From assembly GCA_963693365.1 (NCBI GenBank), contig CAVNZM010000008.1:9304818-9368817 (forward strand): a DNA stretch of 64,000 nucleotides, in the 5' to 3' direction. A model generated the notes under the pieces. That model did no database searches. It had not been told where the DNA came from and saw nothing but the letters and a program-made list of their open reading frames with translations. Shown piece after piece: positions 47,962 through 62,416 of the stretch; the stretch's first letter is position 1, and each line of letters opens with the position of its first letter. The translations under genes were made by a program, and so were the position numbers. The DNA comes from Amoebidium appalachense (lineage: Eukaryota; Protista; Ichthyosporea).

Positions 47962-48127
47962 CGTGTTTCTATTGCATGAATAAAGCTACTGTAGATTTGA
48001 TTTGGGTGGGTTTTTTTGCCCTCTTAGACTCTCGTTCCCTCCCCCCCCCTCCTCCCTCCCTCCCTGTTTCCCAGTACCCTTTTTCTATGTCTCTCTCTGA
48101 GACTCGACGATTGGTCTCTCTCTCTCT

Positions 48128-48176
<49 letters not shown>

Positions 48177-48266
48177 CCCCCCCCCCCCCCCCCCCCCTCT
48201 CTCTCCCTCTTCCTCTTCCTCTTCCTCCCCCCCTCTCTCTCGCGCGCGCGTGTTCTCGCTCTCGCT

Positions 48267-48297
<31 letters not shown>

Positions 48298-48347
48298 GGG
48301 GCCTCTCCCTCTCTCTACCTCCCTCTCTCTCTCCTGCTAATTATCAG

Positions 48348-48380
<33 letters not shown>

Positions 48381-48577
48381 CTCTCTGTCTCTCTCGCTCT
48401 CTCTCCCTCCCTCCTCCTCTCCCCTCCCCCCTCTCCACCCTTCTTCTCACTCCTTCTCCCTCGAGCTCCCTTTCTCCTATCTCTCTTTCCCCCCCCCCCC
48501 CCCCCCCCCTCCCCCCCCCCCCCCCCTCTCTCTCCCTCCCTTCATCTCTCCCTCTGCCTCTGCCCCGCAAGAGCTCC

Positions 48578-48617
<40 letters not shown>

Positions 48618-48630
48618 GTCTCTCTGTCTC

Positions 48631-48666
<36 letters not shown>

Positions 48667-48670
48667 CCCC

Positions 48671-48716
<46 letters not shown>

Positions 48717-51416
48717 CCGCCCCCGGGCCCTCCCCCGCCCTTTTTATCAAATCCCTCTAAATATTGCTCAGATTCCGAATCCTTTTTGCCTGGGGCACTC
48801 ACAGTGGGAAGAGCGAGGTGATGTGGTACACTCGGTTAACGCGTCTGTGCTGTCGACGTCAGTCTCACTCACAAACACACGATCTGTCGATACACAGGCA
48901 TTATTACTACTGCACGTAATCATATGCATGCTGCTGGGACACAGGCATACACACACACGCACACGCACGCACTCTCCCTTAGATTAGACGTCACAAAACT
49001 GTTTTCGGCATGCGCAGTATCGACGGTGGTCACGCATGTTTAAGGCACGTGACATGAGGCTATACATACAGTTTGACACCAGTCAACAATTGGCGATAGG
49101 TAATTGACGATGACAGTAGCAATCCGTTCTGCTTTTGAATAACCCGTCAGTCATGAACACGTGACTAGTCGAGCACAGACACGTAGGGGCGTAAGCACCA
49201 TGGTACCAAGTTGAACTGCGTATGCCATCCGCGATCAACGTGCTTCCGCGCACGTGGTCTGTGGGAAGAGCCTGGATCCACGGATCGACCATTTACATGT
49301 AGAGCACCGTAGACCAATTCGGACTCAGAATTAAATCACCGAGTTGAACCCGTGCACGTTTTTAGCACTCTTTCTTTTATTTCTTTTCTTTTTTCAAACT
49401 ACTATTTCGTCCATAGAATTACGACGTATCTTTGCTGTTCTTTTTTTATCGTATCCTTGATGTTCTCTTTTTTATGTGTCAGTGTGTGTGTGTGACATGT
49501 CATGTTTGTTCGATGACAGCAGAATTGACTCACCCCATGAGGCAGCCAAGCCATGCACACTTGTAACATGTAAGCATATGCACCACATTGGATAGGGACG
49601 CCGCGTACGTGGCTCATGTACTTAGAATGAAGACGAATCATAGGCAAAAGTCGTGGAATGGCAGAATAGGTAATGAAAAAGAAATATTTGTATATTTGCG
49701 TCTTGGACTCCATATTCTTCTTTCATTATTCACGTTGTTTTGTTTTCTCTGTAGATGTACACAGACGATAGTATCTTTCTGGTTTTCAGGTGACGCCTCA
49801 AAGTTGAAAATGCAGTTTTAGGCGCTTGCTGATTGTATCCAATCGCTGAGCCTGGTGCTTTTTTCCCATGATTGATGAAGTTATGACAAGAGACTCATTG
49901 TGGCCATGTACACATGTCTGTCAACCACTAACAGCAACTATAAGCACATAGTTCATTAGCATAATTATTTTGTCCATTCTCATTTTATCTTTCCTTCATT
50001 TTGACCCTCTTTTCAGTGTGTGCACATCAGGAATGCATTTTGGGATACAAGACATTCCAACGACTTTCCGCCAATCATATTCGGTGTCATTATCGCGCTG
50101 TGGCCGTCTCTGCCAACCAAGGCCTCCTTATCATCCGGGCCTGGAAACGGAAACGTCAAGATCTGAAGCTGAAATCCGGGTCAGGCCGGAAATGGTGTCT
50201 GCACCCCGGCCTGTTCCGAAAATAGCATCAGAAATCAGAGGCCTTTTCCACAAGTTGGACCACAACTTAGTAACAGGCCGGTTTGGCGGGAATATTAGCC
50301 AATCGCCGCTTCGACTTTTTAGCTGTTTTTCACGTTTTACTTTTGTGTTTCGTTCGACTTTCATGTTTCGTTGGTGTATATGCCGATGGCGCATTCGTGT
50401 AAAAGCTTGAATAATAATGCTTTTATTCTTATGACAGAGACCCCAGTAACATTTGTATTCCATAAACTCATTTCTTTGTGTAGGAATTTTGAGTCTCGAG
50501 TGGTAGAAATGTCAGCTCACTCAAGTCAGTGTAGTGTTTGCGGCTGCCAGCCCAACTTCGCCTCTGAGCTCGGACGGGCAAGAACGATGTGCTCGTGTAC
50601 AAGTGGTTTGAACCTCTTTTCAACAAACACACGTAAATTGGGTGGCGTGTTTTAGACACGTTAAGACTAAATTCTCATTGCAAAGGGGGGAGGGGTGGGG
50701 TGGCAGCAGGAAGCAACTGAACCTCTGAGAGCCTCCCCGCCCCCTCTTCCCCCCCCCCCCTTCCCCCCTCCACATTAACAGGGGGAAGGGTACCAGGGTG
50801 CTTGGTTAGTGTGTCTCCCCCTTCTTACCTTCTCCAGCTAAGCGTGTGGTGTGCTGTTTACGAGCCCCACCGCATCTCTCATTCACGAGCTTCATTCACG
50901 GTCATGGGTCCCCTCTTCCACGCCGTTATCTTTTTGTCTCTCCGTCCTCCCTTCCCACACTTCAAGCTAACAACTGTTCTTCACATATTCGTGATGAACA
51001 AACTTCAATATTATTCTAGCAAAAACTTAATCATGCTCATGGTGTGTATGTCTGTTCGCGGGGCGTTGGTATGTGTTTGTGTGTCTGACTCACAGTGTAT
51101 GAGGGTGTGTCCTGTGGTCGTGTGTATGTGCTACTTGAACTACTTAGGTGGGCGTACGTGTTTGGGTGTTGTCGGTGTAGTGTAGTTTGTGTGTGCGCGC
51201 GTGCGAGCTCACCGCGTTTGTGTCTTCCTGAAATCGAAGGTTGTGTGTGTCCGGCGTGGGCATGTGTCGTTTCACAATCTCTCACTCGCTAGTCCTTTAC
51301 TCAATAGGTACTGAAAGTGAGAGCATATGCACGTGTATTTGTTTACGGAGTATGTGTGTGCCGGCATGGCAGCCGAAGCCTCTGGTGCTCAGCTGCCCCC
51401 TTTCCCCGCCCCCCTC

Positions 51417-51454
<38 letters not shown>

Positions 51455-52443
51455 TTGCTAAACAGTTCTGCTAATCATTACTAATTAGTAGGCAGGCTCA
51501 GTCGTTGGTTTATGGATCTCACGGGGGGCCAATACCCATGCGAAAACGGAATAAGGCCATAACAAAATGGTCAAACCAACTCCCCCACCTCCACCCACCC
51601 CAGGCTGGGATGGAACACAACCGCTCCCGCTCCGGCTGCATCATGGTGCATGCATGCACGCGATGCCGACGTCGACAAGTTTCTTTGCAGCGACCGCGTC
51701 GGAGCTCTTTCGAACGACGGATATGACACCCATTCGATCGCATCAAAGTCTCAATTTCACTCTCAAACCCGGCCAGTTCCATTTTTGCATTCCGATTCGC
51801 ACCCCTCCGTTTCCAGGCCCGGGTGATAAGGAGGCCTTGGTGCCAAATTGCAATGCGGCTGTACGTTTGCGTGTATCAGGTGTGTGTATCTTTTGAGGTG
51901 TAGACGGTGATTCATGTGCGTGTATTGTATCATCTTTAGCTAGTACGTGAGTTTTGCGCTTGCTTTTTTCTTGGCCGTATGCTACGTATAGGTATAGGCA
52001 GCCTTTTACACAATTTGTAGCGGAGCCCAGGTGAAAGACTGCTTTGGCTATCAAACCAAAACTTGGCTTCACATAGCTGGTGGTAAGCGAACCCTTCTCT
52101 TTTCACGTATAGATAGTTACTACTTTCTTTATGCATCTTCATTTTCGTGTAGGAAAGTGCGTACCAACCAAACACTCAAGTATTTAACAGAACGCGTTCT
52201 CGTTCGAGCATACGTGCACGCGCAGCTGCAGTGTCACACAAGTACAAGCAACACCAGGCGTGCGCACACAACAAACGATCGGTTAAATTTCCTCCGAGTT
52301 TTCTCATGTCCCGCGCAGCCTCTTTGATACCTCTTTGATACATAGGTGACATCAGCTCCCTTTTGGGGCCCTTTCATGTCTCCTTCACCAGCTTGAGACA
52401 CAAACACGCACGCGCAACATCAGAATGCTACACTCAGAAAACG

Positions 52444-54465
52444 ATGCACTTTCTGCTCCTTTTCGCGTGGCTTTTCCCAGCCTGCTTATGGCTGGGTTTA
52501 GCCACCGGTCTTTCTTTACCTCCCATTGACGCACCACACATAGCGCGTACACAAACACTTAGCGATTACAACACATTAAATGTCATTGATTGCACGAATG
52601 GGGGCGACACAGCATGTCGCCACTTCACGGGCCAGATGGAGGGACCCAGGTTTTCGATTTTTAACTTTACACTTGATTCCCCGGGTTTTTTGACCGGCAA
52701 TTTCTCTGGGCCCTTTGGGTCTCACTTGCAAGTGTTTAACCCTTCAACCCCGGCGCAATCCGTTGCGGACACACCGCCACTGCGAAGTGTGAGGGACCAC
52801 CAAATCTTCGAATCGTGCCTTCCAGCGGGAAATTATGGTGTCGACATAAGAGCGCTGGCGTGGAGTAAGTGGAAATTCGAGATCTATCTCCTTCTATCCA
52901 CTGTTTGCCCCGGTGGGCAGAAACAACCGCCCCCTGTACCGACAAAACCGCCGGTAAAACCAACAAACACATCCTCCCCGAGGGATAATCTAGTTTTCGG
53001 TGAGTGGCCTGAAGCAGTAGACGGGGCTGTTGCTGAGGAAAGCACTCCGTCGGGGGTGAGCTCCCGGGCAAGGCCCGCTTCACCCACACTGACTACCACA
53101 AACATGGCGAGTAAAACTGGGAATCCTGCGTTTGGGCGCCCAACTCCCACAAAACCTCCCCTTACACCCATCGATGAGGAAGTTGTCGTGGGGAGTGACT
53201 TTATTTCTACGACCACAAAGGAACCCGGCACGACGGCTATGAACCAGAAATTAAACGGCCCGAGCAAAGAACCCACACAACCTTCAGCCCAACCGCTGGC
53301 GCTACCAGAGGAAACGTCGGACATTTCGTCCATTTCCGAGAAAACCCCCCCACCTGCACCGGCTACGGTTACCGTTTCCGAGGCAAACCGTGTCACCGTA
53401 AAGTACTATGCGCCTGTGAAGCCCGATGACATTTTCAACGGGGACCATCAGGCAACGGCGATTATCATCTCTGTCAGCGTGGGTGTGGGGTTATTGTTTG
53501 TGGTCAGCATTTCGATTTTCTGTTTCTATTCGCGTAGGAGGAGTAGGCATGAGAAACAGGAGATTGAACTTGCGCGATTGCATGCAGAGAGGGTGGTGTC
53601 GCGGAGGTCAACGGCACAGAGTCTACCGAAACAAGTTCCATTCTCAAAGTCGTATTCCTATCGCACACCCTTACTTTCGCGATCGATGGTAAACATGGGC
53701 GTTGTCGGTGACGATGAATCGTATAGGCGGCGACCGTCCGATGTACAAATGGGGGGGAGGAGGGTCGTTTACCATCCGGAGGAGGTGGTGGAAACGAGAC
53801 CGTATGAAGTGATGGTGGTGTATGGGTCCCCACCCCCACCCCATCGCCGCACGAGCAAGGCGTACGTTATTCCGGGTGGGCAGGAGGGGCGAAGAATGAG
53901 TGATGTTTCGGTAGCGCAGCAGTCGGTGCGGTCGCTAGAGGCGACGCAAATCATAAACTCAGAAAATCTTCTCTGGGAAGAGAATCTCGGCGCGTATATT
54001 GTGGTCGACAACCCGCCACGAAGGAAGGGGAGCCAGGCGAGTAATAGTGGCGGCGGCGGCGGCGCTTCGGGTGGCACATCCCAGAATTTTGCACAAAAAC
54101 GTCCGAGCGTGCGATTCGCTGAAAACCGCAGGCGGAGTTACGTACCGGAGGAAGGAGAGGCGTTAATTGCTTTACCCCCCTCTGCGCTGAAAACCAATAG
54201 CAAGAGATCTCAGCCCCTTCACACGCGTGTGGTTGGTGGGTCTGGGGGGGATATTGCAAGCACGTCGCAGGTGAGTTTGGGAAAAACGAGCACGCAGACG
54301 AGCGTAAGCACGCAAGAGGGGGAGGTGTTTTTGGAAGAGTCGGAGATGGATTTTTATGATGAGAAAGAGAAGGGAAAGGGTAAAGAGAAGGGGAAGGAGG
54401 CGATGTTTGGAGCAAGGATAGGCAGCGTCAATCCACCCAGGGCCGTGCATAGGCCTAGGTTTTAG
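52444..54465 (+). CDS. Intronless type-I membrane protein (673 aa): signal peptide, Cys-containing ectodomain, P/S/T-rich stalk, one TM helix, long disordered tail
   Basis: MHFLLLFAWLFPACLWLGLATG signal; TM IIISVSVGVGLLFVVSISIFCFY followed by SRRRSR; 2-kb open frame in an otherwise repeat-rich region. Confidence 0.85.
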   Translation: MHFLLLFAWLFPACLWLGLATGLSLPPIDAPHIARTQTLSDYNTLNVIDCTNGGDTACRHFTGQMEGPRFSIFNFTLDSPGFLTGNFSGPFGSHLQVFNPSTPAQSVADTPPLRSVRDHQIFESCLPAGNYGVDIRALAWSKWKFEIYLLLSTVCPGGQKQPPPVPTKPPVKPTNTSSPRDNLVFGEWPEAVDGAVAEESTPSGVSSRARPASPTLTTTNMASKTGNPAFGRPTPTKPPLTPIDEEVVVGSDFISTTTKEPGTTAMNQKLNGPSKEPTQPSAQPLALPEETSDISSISEKTPPPAPATVTVSEANRVTVKYYAPVKPDDIFNGDHQATAIIISVSVGVGLLFVVSISIFCFYSRRRSRHEKQEIELARLHAERVVSRRSTAQSLPKQVPFSKSYSYRTPLLSRSMVNMGVVGDDESYRRRPSDVQMGGRRVVYHPEEVVETRPYEVMVVYGSPPPPHRRTSKAYVIPGGQEGRRMSDVSVAQQSVRSLEATQIINSENLLWEENLGAYIVVDNPPRRKGSQASNSGGGGGASGGTSQNFAQKRPSVRFAENRRRSYVPEEGEALIALPPSALKTNSKRSQPLHTRVVGGSGGDIASTSQVSLGKTSTQTSVSTQEGEVFLEESEMDFYDEKEKGKGKEKGKEAMFGARIGSVNPPRAVHRPRF

Positions 54466-54834
54466 ATTTAATAGTATGGTTTGGTTGGTTGGTTGTCACG
54501 TTGATGTATACTATGCTGGTTTTTTATGTCTTCCTTTTTTTTTAACTCTATATATTCCCTTCTGTTGTGTAGATGTGGTTTTTTTTTTGTTTTGTTTTTT
54601 TTTTTTGTTTTTTTTTGTTTTTTGAACGTTAGAGAATCTGGAGCCGTTTTTGTGGCTGCCGTTTGGGCTAAACTTTTTCTTTCTGCTTTTGTTTCTTCCT
54701 TCCTTATTGCAAGGTTTATAGTTTCAAACTCGTGATTCTACTATTTATATATTTCTTGTCCGATCGAATGATTGTTCTCACGCCCTTGATGCCATACCGA
54801 GATGACTTAAGAAGTTGGCCCACTGGGTCGATTG

Positions 54835-54894
<60 letters not shown>

Positions 54895-56095
54895 GCGGGC
54901 ATGTGCGTGCACGCGCATATGTACACCAAAATCTACATGGTCGTACCCACACAAACACACACACACACACACACACGTGATGATGGATGGGGTGCTCTCT
55001 CGAATCACACACTGCAGAAATATGTAGGAGAATGTATGTGCAGAAAGGATGGACTAGGTCTCACGATAACACGAAGAATGAATGAACGTATTCGTATTTT
55101 CCCGAAAAATGCACCGCGTGTGACATAGGTTTTCTCCCTCCTATAGCAAGGATGTTGCAAATTGCACTTGACTGAACTATTTTATGTTTTTAGGCAACAC
55201 CTTCACCATTCTAAACCAAGGCGTAATCCCCACGTAGTTGCGTGTTTGGATCGGTGTGTAGGCTGGCCACATGTTGTAGCTCTTGTAAAGGTACATATAC
55301 GTATCACGTATTTCACACAAAATTAATCTCAATTTGAGCACCAATCATTAAAATTTATAAATAATTATTCCGCAACCGTGCAGTGTCGTGGGTTCGGTTC
55401 TCTCGCATTCCGTAGCACATACCTGTGTATCTGACACTTGCGCGCAAATACACACACATGCGCGCAAACACACACACACATACACACACATCCGTGCAAA
55501 CACTTACACGCACACTCACACACAAACACTTTCTCTCTCCCTCTCAAAGTTTTCACAAACACATGTACATGCACGCACCCACACCCCCATGGCCACATAT
55601 CACACCTATAGACCACATCTCTCGAGTATGCAGACACATGAGTGCAACCCAAAGACTTTCTCTGTCAATGCCCTCTGGTTCATCAAAAAATTTGCTGCTG
55701 CGCCACTGCATGTGTAAACATAACTATTGCCTGTTCTCATTATCGCAACCCCCCCCCCCCTTTACGCATTTCTCCCCTCGGAGAACTTGGTCGTTGGTGC
55801 GTTTTTGTCTGACATCTAACGACTCTGCAGGGTCCCCTGAGACTACTGACACTAACATTCCCTCCCCTCTCTTACTTCCCCCCCCCCCCTCCCCCTTTCC
55901 CTCCTCCTTCCCCTCCCATTTTCTCTGCACACTCAACAGGTCTTAACCAGATCTGCACATCGTTAGTCACAATCTTCTCACATATATGAGAGAATGATCG
56001 TATTGGTACGATTTGTCTAATATCTGACGATTCTGCAGCATCCCTAAGACCCCCCTCCCCCTCCCCCTCCCCCCCCTCCCCCCCCCCCCCCCCCC

Positions 56096-56252
<157 letters not shown>

Positions 56253-56257
56253 TTCCT

Positions 56258-56292
<35 letters not shown>

Positions 56293-56353
56293 GCGCCTGT
56301 TGTTTTGCTTGTCATTTGTTGTTCTGGTTGATTACCTGTAATCTTCGCTTATT

Positions 56354-56388
<35 letters not shown>

Positions 56389-57608
56389 TGTGCGGGGTTG
56401 CACATACCGGTGTCTACTTTTCTTCTTACTGTTTTTCTCTCCACACACTTCATCTGTCCACTTCTGCATACCCCCTTTCATAGCTATAGACACACTTCAC
56501 ACATTGCGTTACGCGCACGCATGCACACACCGCTCTGTTGGCGACAGCTCCCTTGGAACCCATGCGGCATGTTACCCGCCGGCGTAACATAACTCGGACT
56601 ATCGGTTTGGCTTTTTTCCAAGCCCAAAGCAATGGGTGATACCATATTTCCGGCTGACATCCGGGGGCATAGCTTTCCGTTCGAAGACGATAAAGTTCCG
56701 CCCTAGTAAGCGTGTTACTACCCTGCGGCGTGGGTCAAATCTCATATTTTCCCCTCTGATTACGAATTCTGCGGCCTTCGGGACTTAATTCTTTTCAGCT
56801 GGTGTAGTATGTTAGCCAGGGAAGTATCGACTTAGGTATCGACGGGGGAGCTTCCTAGAAGCCCCGTCTCCTGAGTTCCTATCTATATTTTTCTTGCTTC
56901 TGCTTACTGCTGCAACTTTAACCCCCGGCCTTTCCCACTGCCCTTGCCTGCATAAGCAACCCTGCTCGTCTCTGATCAAGACGGGTGACCTACTCATGTT
57001 CAAGTGAAACAGTATCTGAGTTGGGTTTCGTTAACGAGGGGAATAGGTCGAAACTCGGGTACTGTGGATGACGTGGGCCCCCCCTGAGGATGGGCTCTGC
57101 TTATTATGCATACTCTTTATGTATAGCTTGCATTCTGCATCGTGTTATCCGTTTGTTCTTGTGTACTTCGTACTTTTTGACGCATTCAAACCCCCCCCCC
57201 CCCCCCCCACAAAAAAAAAAAAAAAAAAATAGAAAGGAAGAAAGAAAAAGAAAAAAGTGAAGAAAGACAAAGAAAGAAAGAAAGAAAGAAAAACCGAGGG
57301 AACTTATGACAAATAAAAAAAAACTTACAAAAAACCTTCAATATCGGTTTTGATCTTTTCACACGGTGTTCGTCATGAAAATTTCGTATGTATGCGCATA
57401 ATACTATGGGTGCACATGCCGTTGAGCCTCGTTGCAGATATTTATTATTATAATAGCAGATGATTTCAGGTAGACTATTGTATTTATATTACACCTCCGC
57501 CTCCGATCCTGCAGTCTCCTGCCTCTGATCGACTCACCCAGCTCTTGCAACGTTATAAACCTCCCGCCCCTCGCCCTCCCCTTCCGGGTCCCCCTCCCCC
57601 CCACTCCT

Positions 57609-57639
<31 letters not shown>

Positions 57640-58013
57640 CCCCCCCCCCGCCCCCGGCCCCCCCTAACCGGTACCACCACCATCACCACCCCTTTGGCCG
57701 CGAGTACGCAATTGCAAACGCTTCCGTGGGTGTTCCCCTCACATTTCGATATCGATATGTCCGAGTGCCACATCAAACTTAATAACTACATATGTATCGA
57801 TGGGGTGTAACCGTTAAGTTTTGGCCGATTTATAGGCCCTTCCGGGTCATGATCAGGCCAAGATGCTGTTTGTGCATCCACCACTCACAAAGCGTGAATT
57901 GCTTTCGGGTCTGACCCGACCCGGATCTCTGAAAGAAATCCCCCTAGAGATTTTGTCGTCTCTCGTCCCCCCCCTCGTCTCCCCCCCCCCCCCCCCCCGT
58001 AAATGCCCCACTC

Positions 58014-58058
<45 letters not shown>

Positions 58059-59676
58059 ACGTACCCTGGGCCCGGCGGTGAACCCCCCCTCCCCCCCCTC
58101 GAGCTTCTCCCCCCTCCCCCCTCCCCCTTCTCCCCTTCTTTTAAAGGCTCTCCCGACCCCGGTTCTCTCTCTCTCTCTGCCCCCCCCCCCCCCCTCTCTC
58201 TCTCTCCCCCCCCCTCCCCCCCCCCCCCCCCTCCCCGCGCCCCCTCCCCCCACCACATCCACACCGCCACCGCCACTACGCACACACAAGACACACACTA
58301 GGGCGGCCCGCGCTCGCGCACACACGTACGGTATACCACCACACGTCCCTACCTCCCCCCCCCCCCCCCCCTCCCCCCTCCCCCCCCCGGTCCCCCCCGG
58401 GCGGGTGACCAGGGCGCCAACCCAACATGGCCACCACCCTTTCAGCCACCCAACATCCCACCTCGTGCACCACCACCATCACCAACTTGCACCGGTGTAC
58501 TTCCGCAACACATTTTCAATCTAAAATCAAAGTTTACTGTTTTGCTCCTGGAGGGAACCCTTAGGTGTCCCTCATATGGGAGCTACCGCGCCGTCCTCCG
58601 ATATGCACCAATTGCAATTGTAACTCACTAAGCTGGGTGCAAAAAGTGCAGTCAGCTAACCTAACACACCTTTAGCAATCTTAACGGTTAGTACACGCTT
58701 AGCCAAGGGTTTTTTGCCCCAGCCTCGCTATTGGGGAGCACCAGGCCTCCCTTCCAATCAAAACATACCAAAAACTTAAAAACGGGCTCTCATTGGATGA
58801 ACTACGATGCGACACGTTTTGTGGTATGCTATATTGTGGCCATTATATGTGGCCAACCTGCTTTCTAGACTGACACTTCAACCAGTGCACCACACACACA
58901 CCCTATAAAAAGGGTCGGCGGCCGAAAAGAAGGGACGGGGAGAGAGGGGTGGGGGGAGGGGGTGGGGGGAGGGGGGTGGGGGTGTTCCTGCCGGACAGCT
59001 GCAGTGAACGAACCAGCTACAGGGTACTTAGTAGACTGTGAACGTTCTGGATTTTAAGTACTAATAGTAAGATCACCGTTTTGGGTGGATGGGAACAACA
59101 CACGTACATGAATGGACAACACGACAATCGACAATGCACGGGAGAGAGACCCAATAGTGGAAGATAGTGCATGCTTGCAGACCTGGTAACCACGCCGAGC
59201 TTCATGACTTGCAAAGAATTTTGGTTAAAGAATCTATTGTTAGTAGCAAAACACGCAAGGAAACACCATTTCAGAAACTGGGTTGTATGCCTCTTGACGT
59301 GATCATGATTTTTTCTAAGTGAACGTGGGCATATTGATCTCGTACTCGGGATAGTGCAACAGAGATATAATCGCGCTTTTCGTATCACTTTGATGGTCAA
59401 AACAGTGTTTATTATTATCTCGTTGAAAACTGTGGTGTGTACATGGGCACTTACATGAACGGCTTGTTATCTCTTGTTTAGTAAACAGCCGCAAGCCCGT
59501 GGTTTTTATCAAGAGAATACATAGGGCATACCAAACATGCATATGGAGATAATCCCTATCTCTCTGAAGAGTATATCTTAATATGCATGTATTAGCATGC
59601 CAATCATAACAGCGCCACATACACCCCCATCATACAAATGGCTACCTACACCATCCTTGTCCCAAGATTTTGACTC

Positions 59677-59714
<38 letters not shown>

Positions 59715-60003
59715 GATTATCTATGGTGCAATTACCCCTTTGATATCCAAGCCACATACTTGCGATCCTTGAAATTCAGGGCATCAGACTATCAATGCAA
59801 CGATCGATCGAAGGAATACCCGTAACTTACGGGATATATATACCTTTTGACGGGGATATATATACTATCATATCCAATGTGTCCCATAGATTATATCCAA
59901 GTACAAGGTTCCTACAGTCGAGCCACGTTTATACTCGATGGCATGATACCATAACCAGATCACTTAAGTAGACCTGAATAGACTTTTTGCATGCGCGTTA
60001 ATC

Positions 60004-60162
60004 TCCAACCGGAGATATACATATCTTCTAGCATTTGCTCACATTTTCAGTATATCCAAATGAGATACATATATCTCTTAGTATTAGTTCACATTTTCAG
60101 TATATCCAAATGGACATACATATATCTTCTAGTATTAGCTCACATTTTCAGTATATCCAACT
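60004..60162. repeat. ~51-bp tandem repeat, 3 copies
   Basis: TCACATTTTCAGTATATCCAA recurs three times. Confidence 0.9.
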
Positions 60163-60623
60163 GACTATCCACTCTGGTAGAACACATCCAGTCCCGGGCA
60201 GCCGCAGCTATAGTAAAAGCCATAATGTCGACGTTTCAGGGAGCTCCCCATACCTCAGCTCTGTATGTTCACGACCCGGCTCTGAGGAAATGTCTTAAAT
60301 GATGAATATAAGCGTTTGAACAGAGAAACTTGGACTGAGAGTGAATGGCCATCTACATTAATATGAAGCCACAAAGAACGGGTCACAACTTTTAACCAAA
60401 AAAAAACCCCCTTGAGTACCTCACAGCCCGTGCCTTTCGCATTCTCCCTTTGTATTTCTTTAACGGAAATATCTTCCAACGTTGTCTTTTCTCCCCCCCC
60501 CCCCCCCCCCCCCCTTTCTCTCTCTCTTCGCTTTGCCCCCTTTTCCTTTTTCCCCTTCTTTTACCCCCCCAGTCTATGCACTTTTTGGGAAAGGGGGGAG
60601 GGGGGGAGTGATGGGGGGTTCAC

Positions 60624-60919
60624 CTATTGACCAGCAATGGCAATTGCCAGATTATTGAAGTCAAAAGGTATGTTCCAGCGAAGATAGGTGGATGTGCGTG
60701 AGTTCACATCCACCCCTTCATCCTGTAGATTCCAGCATCAGTATTTTCATCCGTCAGCCTATGGATTGGATAGTAGCCTATGCACACTTACGCAGTGTAC
60801 GGAAAGGGCCCCCTACGTGTACATCTGTGTAAATATAGAGTGGCCCAGTGGGCCAAAACGGTGTTGGTGTTGGTGTTGGTGTTGGTGTTGGTGTTGGTGT
60901 TGGTGTTGGTGTTGGTGTT

Positions 60920-60983
<64 letters not shown>

Positions 60984-61206
60984 GTCTTGTGTGTGTGTGT
61001 GTGTAAATGGGGTTTGTGCCTGCGTGTCCTGCCCTGTGTACATGTGCAGTGGTGTGTGTGTGGGGAGTAGGGAGGGAAAGGGAGCAAAGCAGTGCCAGGT
61101 GTGTGTGTGCGTGTGTGTGTGTGTGTGTGTCCTCTCCCTCTCCCTCTCTCTTCCTCTCTCTGTGTGCACGCGCGCGCATATTTTCTTTGTTGTTTAGGGA
61201 CGAGAA

Positions 61207-61241
<35 letters not shown>

Positions 61242-61483
61242 GGGCAAACCCACGACTGATATTCCGGGGCAGTCACCGGGACAGTCGATGCTGTAGGGCA
61301 GCTCATGCCGCACATACGATGACACCCGGCACTCGGTGCTATCCTGAGACTGTGTGAACCAATAGTGGTGTCAGATTTGGCAACCTTTCTCCCTCCCTCC
61401 CGTACTCGCTCGTCCACCCACCACCCGGAAATAATATCCCCCTCCCCGTCCCCCCTCCCCCCCTCCCCCCTCCCCCCCTCCCC

Positions 61484-61541
<58 letters not shown>

Positions 61542-61970
61542 TCACAGTCACACACACATTGGGGCATTTTCGTTCCAATGATATTGCTACCCTTGGTGGC
61601 TTATATTCCCAGGAGAAAGCCAATCTCAAGCTGACCATAACATATACAGAGAGAACAGTTATATACCATAAGGCAATGCTATTTTTGGCTTTCTCTTGCC
61701 CCCCCCCCCCCCCCCCCCCCCCCCTCCCCGCGCCGCGCCGCGCCGCCCGCCGCCGCCGCCGCCGCCTAAACCCATCCCTCCCTTCTTCCCCCTTACGGCC
61801 TTTCACCCCGATCAATGCACAGATGAGCACATGCACACAACCTGCCTATTTCCGTCCTATATGACTCGTTGACTTGTTCGCCATGTTCAAAACCAATGAC
61901 ACCACGACAATTGTTTGGCTCGTTTTTTCTTTTTCTTTCTTTTTTTCTCTCTTTCTTTTGTGTGTGTTTT

Positions 61971-62038
<68 letters not shown>

Positions 62039-62274
62039 GGGGGGAGAGGAGGGAGTAGAAGTTTCAGAAGAGGAATATACATCTTTAGGGTTACTACAAA
62101 TGTTCTGTGCTGATGTATATCTGTTCTAGAATATAAACAATAATAGAACTGCATGGCTTTGATACATTTTGAAGCACTTACCAGGTTGCCGAGGTATACG
62201 GGGCAGTTGAAGTCGAAGGCCACATCACGGCGCAGATAGCTGCACGGGCGGGAGTACACCTCCAGCCCTTCATC

Positions 62275-62359
<85 letters not shown>

Positions 62360-62382
62360 CGCATGAGTGAGAAAACAACAAC

Positions 62383-62416
<34 letters not shown>

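Noticed and set aside
57011-57100. Hammerhead-like words (CGAAAC...CTGAGGA) in the dispersed repeat, and CTGAGGTA..GAAACGTC on the minus strand at ~60225-60260
   Set aside because: I could not build consistent stems I and II around an intact core; an Infernal search with hammerhead models would settle it.
60859-60925. (TGTTGG)n as an interstitial telomere
   Set aside because: It grades directly into (GT)n inside an intron and is best treated as a microsatellite variant.
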